A stretch of DNA of 61,626 bases, filler included, from Chiloscyllium plagiosum (lineage: Eukaryota): assembly GCF_004010195.1 (NCBI RefSeq). It is 4 parts of one record of this genome, joined end to end, with 100 filler letters (N's around TTAATTAATTAA, not from the genome) between each part and the next. Parts side by side here need not be neighbours in the genome. Positions count along the whole stretch, not along the records: positions 53,177 to 61,626 come from NC_057713.1; 3 more parts are not named here. One strand, written 5' to 3'. A program made the position numbers and the translations under genes. Under the pieces are notes generated by a model, which saw only the letters and a program-made list of their open reading frames with translations, was not told where the DNA came from and did not search any database. This document shows, one piece after another, positions 59,150-61,626 of this stretch. The number at the start of each line of letters is the position of its first letter. The stretch's first letter is position 1.

Positions 59150-59545
59150 TTGGATTAGATTCCCTACAGTTGAAACTTTATTGCTGGAACAGCACAGCAG
59201 GTCAGGCAGCATCCAGGGAACAGGAGATTCGACGTTTCGGGCACAGGCCCTTCTTCAGGAATTAGATTCCCTACAGTATGGAAACAGGCCCTTCAGCCCA
59301 ACAAGTCCACACCAACCCTCTGAAGAGTAACCCACCCGGATCCATTCCCCTACCCAAAATTTACCCGACTAACGCACCTAACACTATGTGCAATTCACCT
59401 GACCTGCACATCTTTGGATTGTGGGAGGAAACTGGAGCAAACCCACACAGATGCAGGAAGAATATGCAAACAGTCACCTGAGGCAGGAATTGAACCAGGT
59501 CCCTGGTGCAGTGAGGCTAACCACTGAGCCACCATGCCACCATCA
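59150..59545 (-). mobile_element. HE1-like SINE with a Penelope-like tail inserted at 59171-59260 (17-bp TSD)
   Basis: attagattccctacagt at 59154-59170 and 59261-59277; the insert reads cctgaagaagggcctgtgcccgaaacgtcg on the minus strand. Confidence 0.78.
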
Positions 59546-60859
59546 CTAAATAGATTTCAGGCTGCAGTAGATAAACATTTGGTCTCTCAGGCAATCAAGG
59601 AATAAGAGGAGTGTCCAGTAAAAGTAGAGTCGATGTCCAAGGTGCCCATAACTGTATTGAATGGCAGAGCAAGGTCACCTAGCCATATGGCCTTCCTCCT
59701 GTTCCTTTTGTCACCAGGCTCTTTCTGAGCCCATTAAACTCAGGAAAACCATCCTTGAAATTCTCCCAACATTCCAGTAATCAATCCTCACCAAAGACCA
59801 CTTTGTTTTATGAGACTGTCAGCATTAATGCTCACCTTGGGGTAAGACTGTTACCAATGTCCTCCTTCAGAGTAACAATGTAACAGCTCACATTGGCCTG
59901 AGGTGGAAGGGAAAAACAGCACTTGATGCTCTAATGAGAAGAGAATCTTCTCTTAAACAAGATGTATCTTATTGGATATTTAGTTAAAAATAATTAGGTT
60001 AACTATTAATCCATAAGTTACACTAATGTGATAGATATTATTATGGAGACTGTGAGTGGACCCAAATGCTATGTCGAAGTCCTTTCAGACTTTAAGTTGT
60101 TCCTCTACCAAGTCCATATGACAACATCAATGGGGGTGATGCTTAAGGAACTCCTCAATATTAGCACTGTCAGATCCTTCCACCATCTTCTATCAGAAGA
60201 CAATAATGGACCTACAGTCCATTCTAATCATTCTGAATAGAATAACAAGATGTTCTTTTTCCAACAAAAATCTGATTAGATTCAGATAAGTCCTAATAAA
60301 GTCAAGGTACACGATGGATCTTAAAAAGACATAAGATCTACTTACAGAGAGACCTGTAATGATTAACTCACTGGCAGGTTCTAGCATTAAAATCCCAAGT
60401 TAATTTTAACATCGAAAGATACTTTGATCAATTTTTATTGACAAGCTGGCATGCAGCTAGACTTGTTCCAGAGCTGTGTCTCTGATAAGTACACACCTAT
60501 TATGCTCAAGGTGAATGTCAGTGTTTACAAGGTCAAGATTTATTTCTGGCTACTTGGAGATAGATGGAGATTTGCTGTGATCATTTATTCACAATTCATC
60601 AGAAACCAATTCTCTTAGCTCTCCTTTTATCAATCATCCAATGACTAGAGTTTTCTAACCTGTGAAGCAGCTGCAGTTAGTAATTAGTAATTAGTAATCT
60701 AACTATTAAACAGTTACTACTTGGAATTGAAATACCTGCTTTTCTCCTAAATGACTGAGTATTTTGAGAAGATGTTATCTAAATACATTAAATGTGTGCA
60801 AGAGACAATGCCATACAGAACATCTCTTCAGAGTATTGGCCATTTTCTAAATCTCCCAT

Positions 60860-61626
60860 TAGAACTTAGAACATAGAAAGGTACAGCACAGAACAGGCCC
60901 TTAGGCCCACGATGTTGTGCTGAGATTTAATCCTAATGTAAAATATAGTAACTTAACCTACGCACCCCTCAACTCACTGCTATCCATGTGCATGTCCAGC
61001 AGTCGCTTAAATGTCCCCAATGACTCTGCTTCCACCACCACAGCTGGTTCCATGCATGACGTCTCCTTTATACCTTCCTCCTAATATCTTCAAACTATGT
61101 CCCCTCGTACCAGTCAATCCTGCTCTCGGGAAAAGTCTCTGGCTATTGACTCTATCTATTCCTCTCATTATTTTGTACACCTCGATCAGGTCTCCTCTCT
61201 TCCTCCTTCTCTCCAGAGAGAAAAGTTCAAGCTTATTCATAAGACAAGCCCTCCAGTCCAGGCAGCATCCTGGTAAACCTTCTTTGCACCCTCTCCAAAG
61301 CCTCTGTATCTTTCCTATAGGAGGGCGACCAGAACTGGACACAATATTCCAAGTGTGGTCTCACTAGGGACTTGTAGAGCTGCAGCAAAACCTNNNNNNN
61401 NNNNNNNNNNNNNNNNNNNNNNNNNNNNNNNNNNNNNNNNNNNNNNNNNNNNNNNNCCTGCTAATGAAAGCCAAAACACCATATGCTTTCTTAACAACTC
61501 TATCCACTTGGATGGCAACTTTGAGGGGTCTATGTACTTGCACACCCAGATCCCTCTGTTCCTCCACACTGCCAAGAATCCTGTCTTTAATCCTATATTC
61601 AGCATTCGAGTTTGACCTTCCAAAAT
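60860..61626 (-). mobile_element. CR1 3' end
   Basis: EQRDLGVQVHRPLKV..KKAYGVLAFI and LFSLERRRKRGDLIEVYKIM; (agaacat)n-type tail. Confidence 0.9.

Noticed and set aside
50304..61626. GGH exon 4 (xLFPGG) and later exons
   Set aside because: No matching exon with splice sites found; probably beyond the window or in a gap.

Overview
Vertebrate genomic DNA, almost certainly an elasmobranch (shark), judged from its HE1/V-SINE-like tRNA-SINEs and HER1/CR1 LINEs. The scaffold is gapped and contains artificial N44-TTAATTAATTAA-N44 spacers. Two host genes lie in tandem on the + strand, in the same order as in human: the last two coding exons of TTPA (20134-20244, 20572-20745) and the first three coding exons of GGH (25474-25558, 44031-44139, 50253-50303). 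Most of the rest is retroelements. These include a decayed two-LTR Gmr1-type Ty3/Gypsy element with integrase before RT, nested in a near full-length CR1 (3209-9603), many CR1 and SINE copies, and Penelope-like elements whose tails carry hammerhead-ribozyme-like cores and form hairpins. The most striking element is a minus-strand endogenous retrovirus in GGH intron 1 (~38140-43713) with an LTR end, PBS, splice donor, Met-Gly gag start, D-35-E integrase and a splice acceptor before env. Its frameshifted env is not a classical SU/TM protein. It has paramyxovirus-F-like (class I, F2/F1) architecture plus an extra N-terminal Cys-rich module, suggesting a lokiretrovirus-like virus in a cartilaginous fish. 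The GGH start codon is directly preceded by four tandem copies of a GC-box + RFX-X-box-like unit.
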